Shown: piece by piece, positions 43,392 to 52,898 of the stretch
Layout of the letters: each line of letters starts with the position of its first letter
How positions within the stretch are numbered: position 1 is the stretch's first letter
From: Candidatus Omnitrophota bacterium
GTDB taxonomy: Bacteria > Omnitrophota > Gorgyraeia > Zapsychrales > JAHFFX01
Direction: 5' to 3'
NCBI GenBank assembly: GCA_023247725.1
Contig: JAHFFW010000015.1
Location: 1-58,651 of the forward strand
Length of the DNA stretch: 58,651 nt
Program-made: the position numbers and the translations under genes
The notes under the pieces: model-generated
Seen by the model: the letters and a program-made list of their open reading frames with translations, nothing else
Database searches by the model: none
What the model was told of the DNA's origin: nothing

Positions 43392-43807
43392 AAAAAGGGA
43401 TCCATATTGCACCGTTGTAAAAGAGTCGCCATGAGCGCCTGATATTCTACCGCCTTCCCATAGATGAGATTGGCCACTTCTTCCTTGTACGTATGGGAGG
43501 TATCGTTTCTACGATCGGTCATCTCCAGACACTGTTCAGTTTCTGAAGGAGAAAGAAGACCTAATGCCAAAAGCTCGCGGAAGACGGCCTTGGGGGTATT
43601 GGCTAGGATGCCTTCTTTTATTTTCAGATATTCTTTAAAAAATTTCCACAGGGCCTCAAAGGTGTATTCAAATCGTTGAATCGCCGCATCCCGTACGATC
43701 GTCGAGGGAGTCTCGCGAAAAATCTCCTTAAAGGTCTTGAGTGCCTTGCGGCAATCGGCATACTTAAGGAGCAACCGCTCTTTATCGGCGCCGCCTATTT
43801 TTTCCAT
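43388..43807 (-). CDS. HEPN-domain protein, HI0074 (nucleotidyltransferase substrate-binding) family: HepT-like toxin
   Basis: AAIQRFEYTFEALWKFFKEYL and RRNDTSH (the Rx4-6H HEPN motif). Confidence 0.85.
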   Translation of the reverse strand: MEKIGGADKERLLLKYADCRKALKTFKEIFRETPSTIVRDAAIQRFEYTFEALWKFFKEYLKIKEGILANTPKAVFRELLALGLLSPSETEQCLEMTDRRNDTSHTYKEEVANLIYGKAVEYQALMATLLQRCNMDPFL

Positions 43808-44088
43808 ACGATCGCCCTTTTTAAGGCTTGCTGACGAAAGGTCAGGGATGTCTCAGCCAAATTGACGACCTCCACCTTGTAAGGAATGTTGGAATGATCG
43901 ATCTGTTCTCGCAAAAGGGAAATTTTTTTCTCATCGATTTTTCCTCGGGGCAAGATTCCAATATCGATATCGGAGCCAGAATGATAATCTCCTCGGGCCC
44001 GTGAGCCGAAAAGAACAACCTTTAAGGGTTCATGGCATAATGCCGAAAGCACTAACTTTTTAAGATGCAATAAATATTTATCTTCCAT
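43795..44088 (-). CDS. Minimal nucleotidyltransferase (MNT), MntA-like antitoxin
   Basis: LFGSRARGD...SDIDIG motif; 97 aa. It overlaps the HEPN gene by 13 nt. Confidence 0.85.
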   Translation of the reverse strand: MEDKYLLHLKKLVLSALCHEPLKVVLFGSRARGDYHSGSDIDIGILPRGKIDEKKISLLREQIDHSNIPYKVEVVNLAETSLTFRQQALKRAIVWKK

Positions 44089-44131
44089 GCACCCCTTTGA
44101 AAATTCACCTACGCAAGATGACCGAGGAGGG

Positions 44132-44551
44132 CTATTCCCCGATAACCTTAACTAAGACTCGTTTTCTTCGCCGTCCATCAAATTCCCCGTAAAAAATCTG
44201 TTCCCACGGACCAAAATCGAGCTTTCCCTTCGTGATCGCGACAACCACTTCCCTTCCCATGATCTGGCGCTTCATATGGGCATCGGCATTATCCTCGCCG
44301 GTGTCATTGTGATGATATTGGTTGACGGGTTCATGGGGAGCTAGTTTTTCCAGCCATTGGTCATAATCATGATGCAACCCGGCTTCATCATCATTGATAA
44401 AAACGCTGGCCGTGATATGCATGGCGTTGACAAGGACTAGCCCTTCCTTGATATTACTTTTATCCACAACTTGCTGGACTTGATCAGAAATATTGCTAAA
44501 CGCCCGGCGGGTTGGCGTGTTGAACCATAATTCTTCTCGATAGGTTTTCAT
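44132..44551 (-). CDS. YjbQ/UPF0047 family protein (secondary thiamine-phosphate synthase type)
   Basis: 139 aa; [10 protein letters not shown]...NADAHMK...[13 protein letters not shown] blocks typical of YjbQ. Confidence 0.85.
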   Translation of the reverse strand: MKTYREELWFNTPTRRAFSNISDQVQQVVDKSNIKEGLVLVNAMHITASVFINDDEAGLHHDYDQWLEKLAPHEPVNQYHHNDTGEDNADAHMKRQIMGREVVVAITKGKLDFGPWEQIFYGEFDGRRRKRVLVKVIGE

Positions 44552-44606
44552 TTAAGCAGTGCGGTTGCGAAACGCCGCCTCAATGTTCGCTCGGCGTCGA
44601 CGGGGT

Positions 44607-46367
44607 TCAAGGTTCTTTCTCATCAAAGGATACAGGCGACGGCGCAGGCTGATCTGAGGGCCTTTCTTCGAACAAATCGGAAATTTTTTTCAACAATCTC
44701 GGATCTTTGATTTGCCTTTGAGCCTCCACATAGATTTCTTGGGCGTGGCTATTGTACCCCAAAGCCAGCGAAGTTTGAATCAAAGTTTTGTAAACCCGGT
44801 AATTATCCGGTGCCAGCCGCAGGGCCTCTTGCAAATAGGGCACCGCCTTCTCATACTCTGCGTGCAAAAAATAAAGATGCCCTAGCCCCCAGTGAGCGTC
44901 CCCGTAATCTGGGGCCATACGGATCGATTTTAAAAAATTCTCCTCGGCCAGGGCAAGATCTTTCCATTCACAGGCCCCTAACATGAAATAAATTCGCGGG
45001 TCCGATGAAGCTAATTGCAGCGAGCGATTAAGATAAATTATGGCCGGGGCACACAGTCCGGCCTTAAAGTATTCTGTTCCCAGGATGGTATAGCCTTTCC
45101 AATAGTTGGGAAAATGTTTCACCCAGCTTTGCGCCAGCATGAAATTATTTTGCCAAAGGGAATTCGCCTGAACCGTCACAATGAGCAAATATCCAAGGAG
45201 GATATTTTTCAGCCAAAATTTGAATGAAGGAGAAAATCCCGCGTCCTGGGTGTACCAGCGTTCGAAAACAATAGCCCCCGCAGCCAATATTCCAATGGAG
45301 GGCAGATACAAATACCGATGGGCCATCGGATTGGCCAGAGGAATGATGTTGGACACCGGAATAAGACTGAGCAAAAACCACAACAGCAAAAAAGACAAGG
45401 TCTTTTCCCGACGGCTGGTTAAAATAATGGCGATGATGGTTCCCAGAAATAAAGCCGCGCCCGCCATAGCCTCAAGAGAAGGCCCGGGGATCAGGACCGG
45501 CGAATATAAAGGGGGCAGGTCATAAGGACGCAATAACAACAAATCCTTGATCAGGTACCCAGCGAAAATCTTTAAAATCAAGGTCATGTTGGTTGCGAAC
45601 GTTATACCGCTGTGCGTCGCCGCACTCAGAGTCGAATTGGTAAAAGCAAAAAAATAAAGATACAGGTATCCGAAGAGAATTGCCAGGTAGCCTGGATAAA
45701 CCGTTTTCCATGATGGCCCGATCGTCCGTCGAAAAAAATGAAAATCGTAGGCCAACAATAAAGGAAAAAAGATAACCGCCGATTCTTTACTAAAGAGAGC
45801 CAAGGCAAAAAATAAGATCGACCCCGCGTAACGCCAAAACCGCCAGCGTTCAAACCGATTCCTAAAATCAATAAACAGGATAAAAGAAATTAAAAGGAAT
45901 AGCGTCGCGAGGCTATCCGACCGGTAACTGATCGCCGCCACCGCACCGACTTTGGTTGGATGCAAGCTAAAAAGCAGGGAACCTAAAAAAGCAGGAGGAA
46001 TTGAATCAAGCAAACGCAGAAGCAAAACAAAGACAAGGACGCCGTTGATGGCGTGAATAAAAAGATTCGTCAGGTGAAAACCAAAGGAATGGAGTTTCCA
46101 AATCGAATAATCGACGAAATAAGTCGCCGCCGTAACCGGACGAAACGAAACCCCGCCCGTCCCCAGATCGCCAGAACTTCTTAAAAAGACCGAATCGCTG
46201 TCAATCGTGTAACCCGGTTTAAAGAGGCGAGGAAAATTTTCCCAGGATTTGTAAAAGGTGTTATCGACAATCAACGCGTCATCATCGCCGACAAAACCAT
46301 TCCCCAGGGTGTTGCTAAACGCCAAAAGGGTAAGGGTAAAGACAATTCCGGCCGCTTTTTTTTTCAT
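44607..46367 (-). CDS. Polytopic membrane protein with C-terminal TPR repeats (TMTC/PMT_2-like glycosyltransferase, tentative)
   Basis: About 10 TM segments followed by TPR repeats (YFMLGACEWK..., HWGLGHLYFLHAEYEKAVPYLQEALRL). Confidence 0.65.
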   Translation of the reverse strand: MKKKAAGIVFTLTLLAFSNTLGNGFVGDDDALIVDNTFYKSWENFPRLFKPGYTIDSDSVFLRSSGDLGTGGVSFRPVTAATYFVDYSIWKLHSFGFHLTNLFIHAINGVLVFVLLLRLLDSIPPAFLGSLLFSLHPTKVGAVAAISYRSDSLATLFLLISFILFIDFRNRFERWRFWRYAGSILFFALALFSKESAVIFFPLLLAYDFHFFRRTIGPSWKTVYPGYLAILFGYLYLYFFAFTNSTLSAATHSGITFATNMTLILKIFAGYLIKDLLLLRPYDLPPLYSPVLIPGPSLEAMAGAALFLGTIIAIILTSRREKTLSFLLLWFLLSLIPVSNIIPLANPMAHRYLYLPSIGILAAGAIVFERWYTQDAGFSPSFKFWLKNILLGYLLIVTVQANSLWQNNFMLAQSWVKHFPNYWKGYTILGTEYFKAGLCAPAIIYLNRSLQLASSDPRIYFMLGACEWKDLALAEENFLKSIRMAPDYGDAHWGLGHLYFLHAEYEKAVPYLQEALRLAPDNYRVYKTLIQTSLALGYNSHAQEIYVEAQRQIKDPRLLKKISDLFEERPSDQPAPSPVSFDEKEP

Positions 46368-46370
46368 GAA

Positions 46371-49190
46371 TCAGAAGGCATGGTTGACTCCAAACCACAC
46401 ATGGGTTTCCTCCCCCGGCCGATCGATCGGACGCGCGACATCCAGGCGCAAAACTGCCTTCTCCAAAAATGATCCCACATTCAGGGTGAATCGCAAACCC
46501 GCTCCTACATCTTTGCTCGTATCCTCATGGCCAAAATCATCATACCAGCTGCGCCCGGCATCAAAAAAGACAACCCCGCCAATCGATTCCATCCCAAACC
46601 AGTGATCCAAAAAGCTCCATTTCAAATTGTCTTTGATGGGAAACCGATATTCGGCGCTGCCCAATAAGACGTTCGCTCCCCGGACGCTTTTTCGGTCAAA
46701 GCCCCGCAGGCCATAGGGGCCTCCCAACTCGTACAGATTCTTGTCGTCGGGATACCCCCAGCCGTATTTCAAACGCCAGGCGAACCGGCTGCGGGCCGTC
46801 ACCGGCTGGTAGATACTCCAATTGAGCGAAGACCGATAAAAATATTGGGTCGCTTCCAAAAAATGCCCGGAATTCTCGAACACCCAATCCAATTGATAGC
46901 CTTTCACCGGATCCGGATAAGGACCGTAGCGTCCGAAATGCAAGGCGGTTCCGATGATGGCTTCATTTTTTTGCAAATAAGATAAATTGCGCGCATCCTC
47001 AAGCCCGCCGGAGCTGAGAGTTCCCGACAAGGAACGGTTGCGCAAAAGATACAGGGTGAAGTGATCATTAACCGCTCCCAATCCATATGCCGCCGGCCAG
47101 AGCTCCTTGCGCAAATAGACCTTGCCTCCGGCCAGGTCCTCCTCACCTCCGTCGTTATCCTTAACATTAAAGACCTCTGTGCCGAATGCCGTCTGGGAAT
47201 AAAAAAGATTTTTCAATTCAAATCCGGCCCGCGAATGGGTCAGGGATTCGCCAAATTCATAGGCGGATGAGGCGAATATGTTCCACTCAAAGGGCTTTTG
47301 CAAAGAGGCCTTGATACCGAGGCCGCTGTCAAGATAAGGACCAATGGTCAAATTGTAGGAATCCACCGGCAGAAAAATCGGAAAATCATAAATATCGAGA
47401 TACAATGGAACAAATTTCGTGCGCACCTGCCGTGGCCAAATATTGTTAGTCCGGTCAATATCGAGAAGTTGCTCTTGCGGATCAAGCACAGCCTTGCGGA
47501 TGGGAGAACGGGATTCCATGCTGAATTCTTCCAACTTTTTATCCCAGCGCTCGAGGGTATAATTTTGCTGGGTCCCGTCGGCGAATGTCACCTGCATATG
47601 CCGGGGCATCTGAATCTGACCCCGGTTTTTGATCGTGATCGTATGGCCCTGGACCTTGGCCACGGCGTAATCACAGATCTTTCGGGTCAAAAGCCACTGA
47701 TCAAAAAACCAGGACAAGTCCTCCTTCTTTTCCTCTTCGCAGATCCGGATAAATTGGCGACCGGACAGGTTGCGAAAACGGTATTCGGCAAAGACCCGTT
47801 CAAAAACCCGGTGAAAGACCTGATCGCCCAAAATATACTGCAGCATGGACACAATCCCAGAACCTTTGCCGTAGGCCAGGGAAAAAATCGTCGTGGGTTC
47901 CTGGAAGCTGGATAATTTTCCCACCACCGGCCGGTCCAGGTTGGTGCGCGCGATCATCTTGTAACGGGTGTCTTTGGCGTCGCGGAACGAAAAATTGGGC
48001 AAAAGCCAATCCAAGGGCTGCGGCCACTGGATGACTGAGGCATCGACACCGTATTTCTTTTCCAAATAATTCAAAAGGAAGTGCGAATTGACGCCCTCCT
48101 CCAGCCACATTTCCGAGAATTCATCAACTCCGACGAGGTTATAAAACCACTGGTGACCTGTCTCATGCGAAACCAGGAAATCAAAATATCGCACCAAGAG
48201 CCGCGGAAGTTGATAGATCCGTCTATCCAGGAAAATGAGATTGGGCATCTGCTCTCCACCGTACCCCAGATTCACGGGCGCGAGACTAAATTCCGGATAA
48301 GGGTAAGGGCCGAATTGCTGTGAATAATTTTCCATCAATCCCTGGGCGTCGTTCATGGCCTCCTGGGCGTAAAACTCATCGCCGGCAAAATAAAAGGATT
48401 TGATTTTAACCCCATTGGCCTGCGCTTCCTTAAGCCGGTAGTGCGGGCTCATGGCCAGAGCAAACTCCCTGACGGGATGCGCAGTGACGATATCCAAGGT
48501 TTTGGTATGATCGGGATTGACATTCTCTCGTACGGCTTCGCCGGTGTGAATGACGACCTGGCGTTCATCGACGGTCAATGTCATCTCATAGAAAGCCGAC
48601 TCGGAAAAAAACGGCCGATGGTAGGGATAAAACAAATGATTCTTCCATCCCTCTTCGTCATAAACGGAAAGGATCGGGTACCATCGGGCCAGGGCATAGA
48701 TATCCTCATGCCAGCCAAAGCGGCCATACATGTGCGGAATCCCGACGGTATAATCAATGGCGACCTCTGTTTTCTCTCCCTGTTTAAGAGGACGAGGCAA
48801 AGGGAGCTTCAAGATCGTCTGATCCTCGCCTTCGATGAGATAATTTAAGGCTTGGTCATTCTGACGGATGGAATGAATTTCAAAATGCGGTTTGGGAATC
48901 CCGCCGGGAAATGGGTTGATTTTAAAATAACCGGCGAAGCGCAGGATAAAACTCAATTCCTGGCGAGTGTATGCCCGGTTCGGGTAAATATGAAAATAAA
49001 TTTCGTTAAGATCATGGCCGGAATGGTTGGTAAAAAAGACCCTTTGGCTGGCGGTGATGGTTTTGGCGGCGGTATCGATCCTGGCCTGGATTTGATAGCG
49101 GGAAAAATCGTCCTGGGCGTTGGCTACCGTCGAGAGAAGCAGCAAGAATGGAAGGGCAAGGACCGATCGTTGCTCAAAGCGTGTTTTCAT
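46371..49190 (-). CDS. Secreted M1-family metallopeptidase fused to a C-terminal Omp85/surface-antigen-type beta-barrel
   Basis: Signal peptide; HETGH (48153-48167) with WLEEG 18 residues later; the C-terminus has GGPYGLRGF, VVFFDAGRSW and a terminal ...WFGVNHAF. Confidence 0.75.
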   Translation of the reverse strand: MKTRFEQRSVLALPFLLLLSTVANAQDDFSRYQIQARIDTAAKTITASQRVFFTNHSGHDLNEIYFHIYPNRAYTRQELSFILRFAGYFKINPFPGGIPKPHFEIHSIRQNDQALNYLIEGEDQTILKLPLPRPLKQGEKTEVAIDYTVGIPHMYGRFGWHEDIYALARWYPILSVYDEEGWKNHLFYPYHRPFFSESAFYEMTLTVDERQVVIHTGEAVRENVNPDHTKTLDIVTAHPVREFALAMSPHYRLKEAQANGVKIKSFYFAGDEFYAQEAMNDAQGLMENYSQQFGPYPYPEFSLAPVNLGYGGEQMPNLIFLDRRIYQLPRLLVRYFDFLVSHETGHQWFYNLVGVDEFSEMWLEEGVNSHFLLNYLEKKYGVDASVIQWPQPLDWLLPNFSFRDAKDTRYKMIARTNLDRPVVGKLSSFQEPTTIFSLAYGKGSGIVSMLQYILGDQVFHRVFERVFAEYRFRNLSGRQFIRICEEEKKEDLSWFFDQWLLTRKICDYAVAKVQGHTITIKNRGQIQMPRHMQVTFADGTQQNYTLERWDKKLEEFSMESRSPIRKAVLDPQEQLLDIDRTNNIWPRQVRTKFVPLYLDIYDFPIFLPVDSYNLTIGPYLDSGLGIKASLQKPFEWNIFASSAYEFGESLTHSRAGFELKNLFYSQTAFGTEVFNVKDNDGGEEDLAGGKVYLRKELWPAAYGLGAVNDHFTLYLLRNRSLSGTLSSGGLEDARNLSYLQKNEAIIGTALHFGRYGPYPDPVKGYQLDWVFENSGHFLEATQYFYRSSLNWSIYQPVTARSRFAWRLKYGWGYPDDKNLYELGGPYGLRGFDRKSVRGANVLLGSAEYRFPIKDNLKWSFLDHWFGMESIGGVVFFDAGRSWYDDFGHEDTSKDVGAGLRFTLNVGSFLEKAVLRLDVARPIDRPGEETHVWFGVNHAF

Positions 49191-50299
49191 TTTAACTCTT
49201 CCCGGAAGGATTCGGCCAAACGGATGCGGCGGCTGATCGGCGGATGGCTGTAAAAGAGGAATTCCTTGAGAGACCCGGGGTCGATCTCTGCCAGATTCAT
49301 GTCTCCCAGTTTGCGGATCATCGAAATAAAATCATTGGGTTTTTGGGTCAGCTGCAAACTAAAACGGTCGGCGGCCACCTCTAGCCGCCGGCTATATCCA
49401 TTAAAAACCGGCATCAATAAAAAATTCAAACACAGAAAAAGCAGGGCGAAAAGGGGCAGGCCGGCAATGTCATGCGGACTCATAATCCCATAATGGGGCA
49501 GGATGTTCATCCAAATCCGATGCATCACATAAAATCCGGCGAAAACGCCAATGGTGTTGACGATGGTCAATTTCAAAATATCCTGGTGTTTATAATGCCC
49601 GATCTCATGCGCAACGACGGTTTCAATCTCTGGCAGAGAGAATTCTCCGGTGAGGGTATCGGTCAGGACCACTCGTCGGCTTTGTCCCATTCCGCAGATA
49701 AAGGCATTGGCCTTCCTGGTTTTTTTGGAAAAATCAATCGAATAAACGTCCTTGATTTTGACCTTCGCTTTTTGGAAAAGTTCCAGGACCCTTTGTCTTA
49801 GTTCAGGCGGTTGAACTTCGGAATATTTGTAAAATAAAGGAATGAGGACCTCGGGAGTGATCCTCGTCAAAAAAAGATTTAACAAAAGCCAAAATCCTCC
49901 CGCCCACAGCCACCAATGGTTAGGAAACCGCGCCAGAGAAAAAAAGACCGCCATGACCACAATCCAAGCTAACAAAAAACCAATCCCGGCTTTTTTGATT
50001 TCATCGAGTAACCAAGCCCCCAACGTCTGCCGAGAAAGTTGATAACGGTGCTCCAGCCAGAAATCTTCATAAAAGGTCAACGGAAATTGTACGACACCCA
50101 TGATCAAAGCAAACAAAGCGAAATACAACGTTTCGGCGGCTGTGGTTAATGGGAAAAGCCCAAAGGCCACATCGCGCAGGCGGATGGACAGACCGCTCGC
50201 CAAGAGCGTCTGCAAAACCGCGAGGGTCAGCAATAACGAAACAAAAAACATCCGATCTTTGATCCGGTGATATTCTTTGGCTTCGGTCTTCGTCGGCAT
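49187..50299 (-). CDS. M48 (Ste24/HtpX-like) membrane metallopeptidase
   Basis: HEIGHYKH zinc motif, multiple TM segments, and an ATGA overlap with the downstream gene. Confidence 0.88.
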   Translation of the reverse strand: MPTKTEAKEYHRIKDRMFFVSLLLTLAVLQTLLASGLSIRLRDVAFGLFPLTTAAETLYFALFALIMGVVQFPLTFYEDFWLEHRYQLSRQTLGAWLLDEIKKAGIGFLLAWIVVMAVFFSLARFPNHWWLWAGGFWLLLNLFLTRITPEVLIPLFYKYSEVQPPELRQRVLELFQKAKVKIKDVYSIDFSKKTRKANAFICGMGQSRRVVLTDTLTGEFSLPEIETVVAHEIGHYKHQDILKLTIVNTIGVFAGFYVMHRIWMNILPHYGIMSPHDIAGLPLFALLFLCLNFLLMPVFNGYSRRLEVAADRFSLQLTQKPNDFISMIRKLGDMNLAEIDPGSLKEFLFYSHPPISRRIRLAESFREELK

Positions 50300-50689
50300 T
50301 TATTTGACTTGCGGAAGCTTTTTTTTGCGCAGATGCGACAGGAAAAGCTTAAAACGCTCATCTTGCCGCAGATTGGTGAGATCCGGATCGCGCTCGAGGT
50401 ATTCAAAATGCTGATACCCCATGCGGATGGCGGACTTGATCGTGGACAACGATCGAGGAATGTCGTTGATCAGAGAATAGCTGCAGGCAAGGTTATACAA
50501 GATGAAAGGGTCATCGGGTCGCAAGCCGGATAAACGCTGATCGACCGCCAAGCCTTTTTCATACCAGCCTTTGCCGGTATAAAGATCTCCGATGGCGACG
50601 AGGGCTTCGATGAAATCCGGGGCCTGTGACAAAATTCCCTCGAAGAACTCAATCTCGAAATCCATATCCTTTTGTCTTTTTTTGTCCAT
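50300..50689 (-). CDS. Small TPR-like protein
   Basis: 129 aa of helical repeats (LYNLACSYSL..., DPDLTNLRQDERF). Its stop directly abuts the M48 start. Confidence 0.55.
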   Translation of the reverse strand: MDKKRQKDMDFEIEFFEGILSQAPDFIEALVAIGDLYTGKGWYEKGLAVDQRLSGLRPDDPFILYNLACSYSLINDIPRSLSTIKSAIRMGYQHFEYLERDPDLTNLRQDERFKLFLSHLRKKKLPQVK

Positions 50690-50743
50690 GACTGCTTCCC
50701 CTTTTTAGCAGGTTGATGCAACGTAGACATGCATCGACAAAGC

Positions 50744-51895
50744 TTACGTTCCCAAATAACTTTTGATCCGAACGATCGCCTCTTTCAAATTTTCAAAACT
50801 GGAGGCATACGACATGCGGACAAAACCTTCGGCGCTTTCTCCAAAGGCGACGCCGGGCACCACGGCCACCCGTTTTTTCTTTAATAAATCCTTGGCGAAC
50901 TCGAGCGATGGCTGGCGGATGGATTGGATCGACGGAAAAACATAAAATGCACCCTCCGGATTATGGCACACAAGACCCATCGCATTGAGTGCGTCCACCA
51001 TAAAACGCCGTCGCCGCATATATTCTCTTTTCATATCGAGGACATCCTTGAATCCGCTTTTCAGGGCCTCCATCGTCGCCATCTGGCTGACGATGGGAGC
51101 ACACAGCATCGTGTACTGGTGAATCTTGGTCATGGCGCCGATGACCTTCGCCGGACCGCAGGCCCATCCCAATCGGAATCCCGTCATGGCAAAAGATTTT
51201 GAAACGCCGTTGAGATAAATCACGCGCTTGCGCATGCCTTTGAATGTGGGCAACGGCGTGTGCTCAAAATCATAAGTCAATTCGTCATAAATCTCGTCGC
51301 TATAGACCACCAGGTCGTGCCGCTCGATCGCCTGGCAAAGCTCTTGCAATTCGGCCTTGGTATAAGAGGCCCCGGTTGGATTCGACGGGTAATTCAAAAC
51401 TAATCCGGTTGGTTTATATTTGCGAACGGCCTCATCCAGCTGACGGGGCGTGATTTTAAAACCATGTTCCAGTTTGGTCGTTAAAAAAACCGGCTTGCCT
51501 CCGGCCAGATCGATAATGGGGCCATACATCACATACCAGGGTTCAGGAACCAGGATCCGGTCGCCCGGCTCGATGGTGGCCCGCGCCGCCAGGTCCATGG
51601 CCTCCGAAACCCCGACGGTGATGAGGATTTCTTCCTCCGGATCGTAGGATATCCCGTGGCGCTTGTGCAAATAGTTTGCAATCGTCCGCCGCAATTCCGG
51701 CATGCCTTTATTGGAGGTATAGGAGGTATAACCTTTTTCCAGACAATAAATGGCTTTTTCCCGAATGTGCCAGGGCGTGACAAAATCCGGTTCGCCTACA
51801 CCCAGGGAAATCACGTCCTGCATGCCCAGCACTAAATCAAAGAACGCCCGGATTCCCGACGGAGCCATCTCTTCAACTTTTTTCGCGATGCGCAT
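50744..51895 (-). CDS. Class I/II (aspartate-type) aminotransferase
   Basis: SKSFAMTGFRLGW PLP-lysine motif; 383 aa. Confidence 0.92.
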   Translation of the reverse strand: MRIAKKVEEMAPSGIRAFFDLVLGMQDVISLGVGEPDFVTPWHIREKAIYCLEKGYTSYTSNKGMPELRRTIANYLHKRHGISYDPEEEILITVGVSEAMDLAARATIEPGDRILVPEPWYVMYGPIIDLAGGKPVFLTTKLEHGFKITPRQLDEAVRKYKPTGLVLNYPSNPTGASYTKAELQELCQAIERHDLVVYSDEIYDELTYDFEHTPLPTFKGMRKRVIYLNGVSKSFAMTGFRLGWACGPAKVIGAMTKIHQYTMLCAPIVSQMATMEALKSGFKDVLDMKREYMRRRRFMVDALNAMGLVCHNPEGAFYVFPSIQSIRQPSLEFAKDLLKKKRVAVVPGVAFGESAEGFVRMSYASSFENLKEAIVRIKSYLGT

Positions 51896-51907
51896 GGAGG
51901 CGAGTCT

Positions 51908-52393
51908 CTAGTAGGAAATATTCAGCCGCTTGCGATTGTGAAGCTTTTTGAGGATTTGTCCGTCGTCTTTGTATTTCTTTAAAAGAAAATGCGTCGTCGT
52001 CCCTTTGACATGCTCCATGGGAGACAATTTGGAGGCGACAAAATCCGCCACCGTCTGGATATTCTCACCTTCGACGATGAGCAAAAGATCATAAGCGCCC
52101 GAAACCAGATAGCAGCTGACCACCTCCGGAAAACTATAAATCCGCTCAGCCACGTAATCGAAACCGACGTCCTTCTGAGGGGTCACGCTCACCTCAATCA
52201 GCGCGCGGATAATCGTTTTGGGACTTTTAACCAGCTCATGGTTGATGACGGTTTTGTATTGAACGATCGTGCCGTCTTTTTCATACTGACGAATGGCCGT
52301 CTTGACTTGCATAACGGATCGGCCGGTTAATTTCGCAATGTCCTCGACGGGTGTACGAGCGTCCTTGGCGAGAATCTCCAGAATTTCATCCAT
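51908..52393 (-). CDS. Lrp/AsnC-family transcriptional regulator
   Basis: N-terminal HTH (ILEILAKDARTPVEDIAKLTGRS) and a C-terminal RAM-like domain; GGGAGG RBS. Confidence 0.9.
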   Translation of the reverse strand: MDEILEILAKDARTPVEDIAKLTGRSVMQVKTAIRQYEKDGTIVQYKTVINHELVKSPKTIIRALIEVSVTPQKDVGFDYVAERIYSFPEVVSCYLVSGAYDLLLIVEGENIQTVADFVASKLSPMEHVKGTTTHFLLKKYKDDGQILKKLHNRKRLNISY

Positions 52394-52654
52394 CGTGTCC
52401 TCCCGATTACGTTCTTAAACCACGGTATGGCTTCTCATGCAACCATGGCTCTCGATATCGATGCTATTTAACCTGAGTTCGATATAAGAAGCGCCAGATT
52501 TGCACAGATTACCTGGCGCAGCGAAGCCGCAACCAAAAAGAATGCGGTTACGGTTATTGGTTACGAAGCCCGTTTCGGGTTTAGGTGACGTCGATCGGCT
52601 TTTTAAAACCGTTACCGATGGACGCATAACGATACCGGCATCGTTACCGATCAA

Positions 52655-52690
52655 CGACAAACGAAAAACTTTGCTAAAAAACAAAGTTTT
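52655..52690 (-). terminator. Intrinsic terminator about 200 nt downstream of the coiled-coil gene
   Basis: The minus strand reads AAAACTTTG-ttttttag-CAAAGTTTT followed by TCGTTTGT. Confidence 0.55.
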
Positions 52691-52898
52691 ACACATTTGT
52701 AATACAGATTTTTCCTTAAGGGAGGTCAACATTTGATTACACTGCATTGTTGGATCGTTCTTGCGAGTAAAATGGCAGGCTGAGCAGTAATGGAGACAAT
52801 CGGTATAATCACGGTTTAATTCTTTCTTAATCGGAATCTGTGTAATCATAGACAAATTTTTGATAGGGTTTTTCTTGGTTATGTCGAACTCGCATTAT

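Noticed and set aside
52415-52855. 146-aa Cys-containing ORF
   Set aside because: It reads through a strong terminator hairpin and through the repeat-rich Lrp promoter region, and has no recognisable motifs. It is kept only as a possibility in the finding for this gap.
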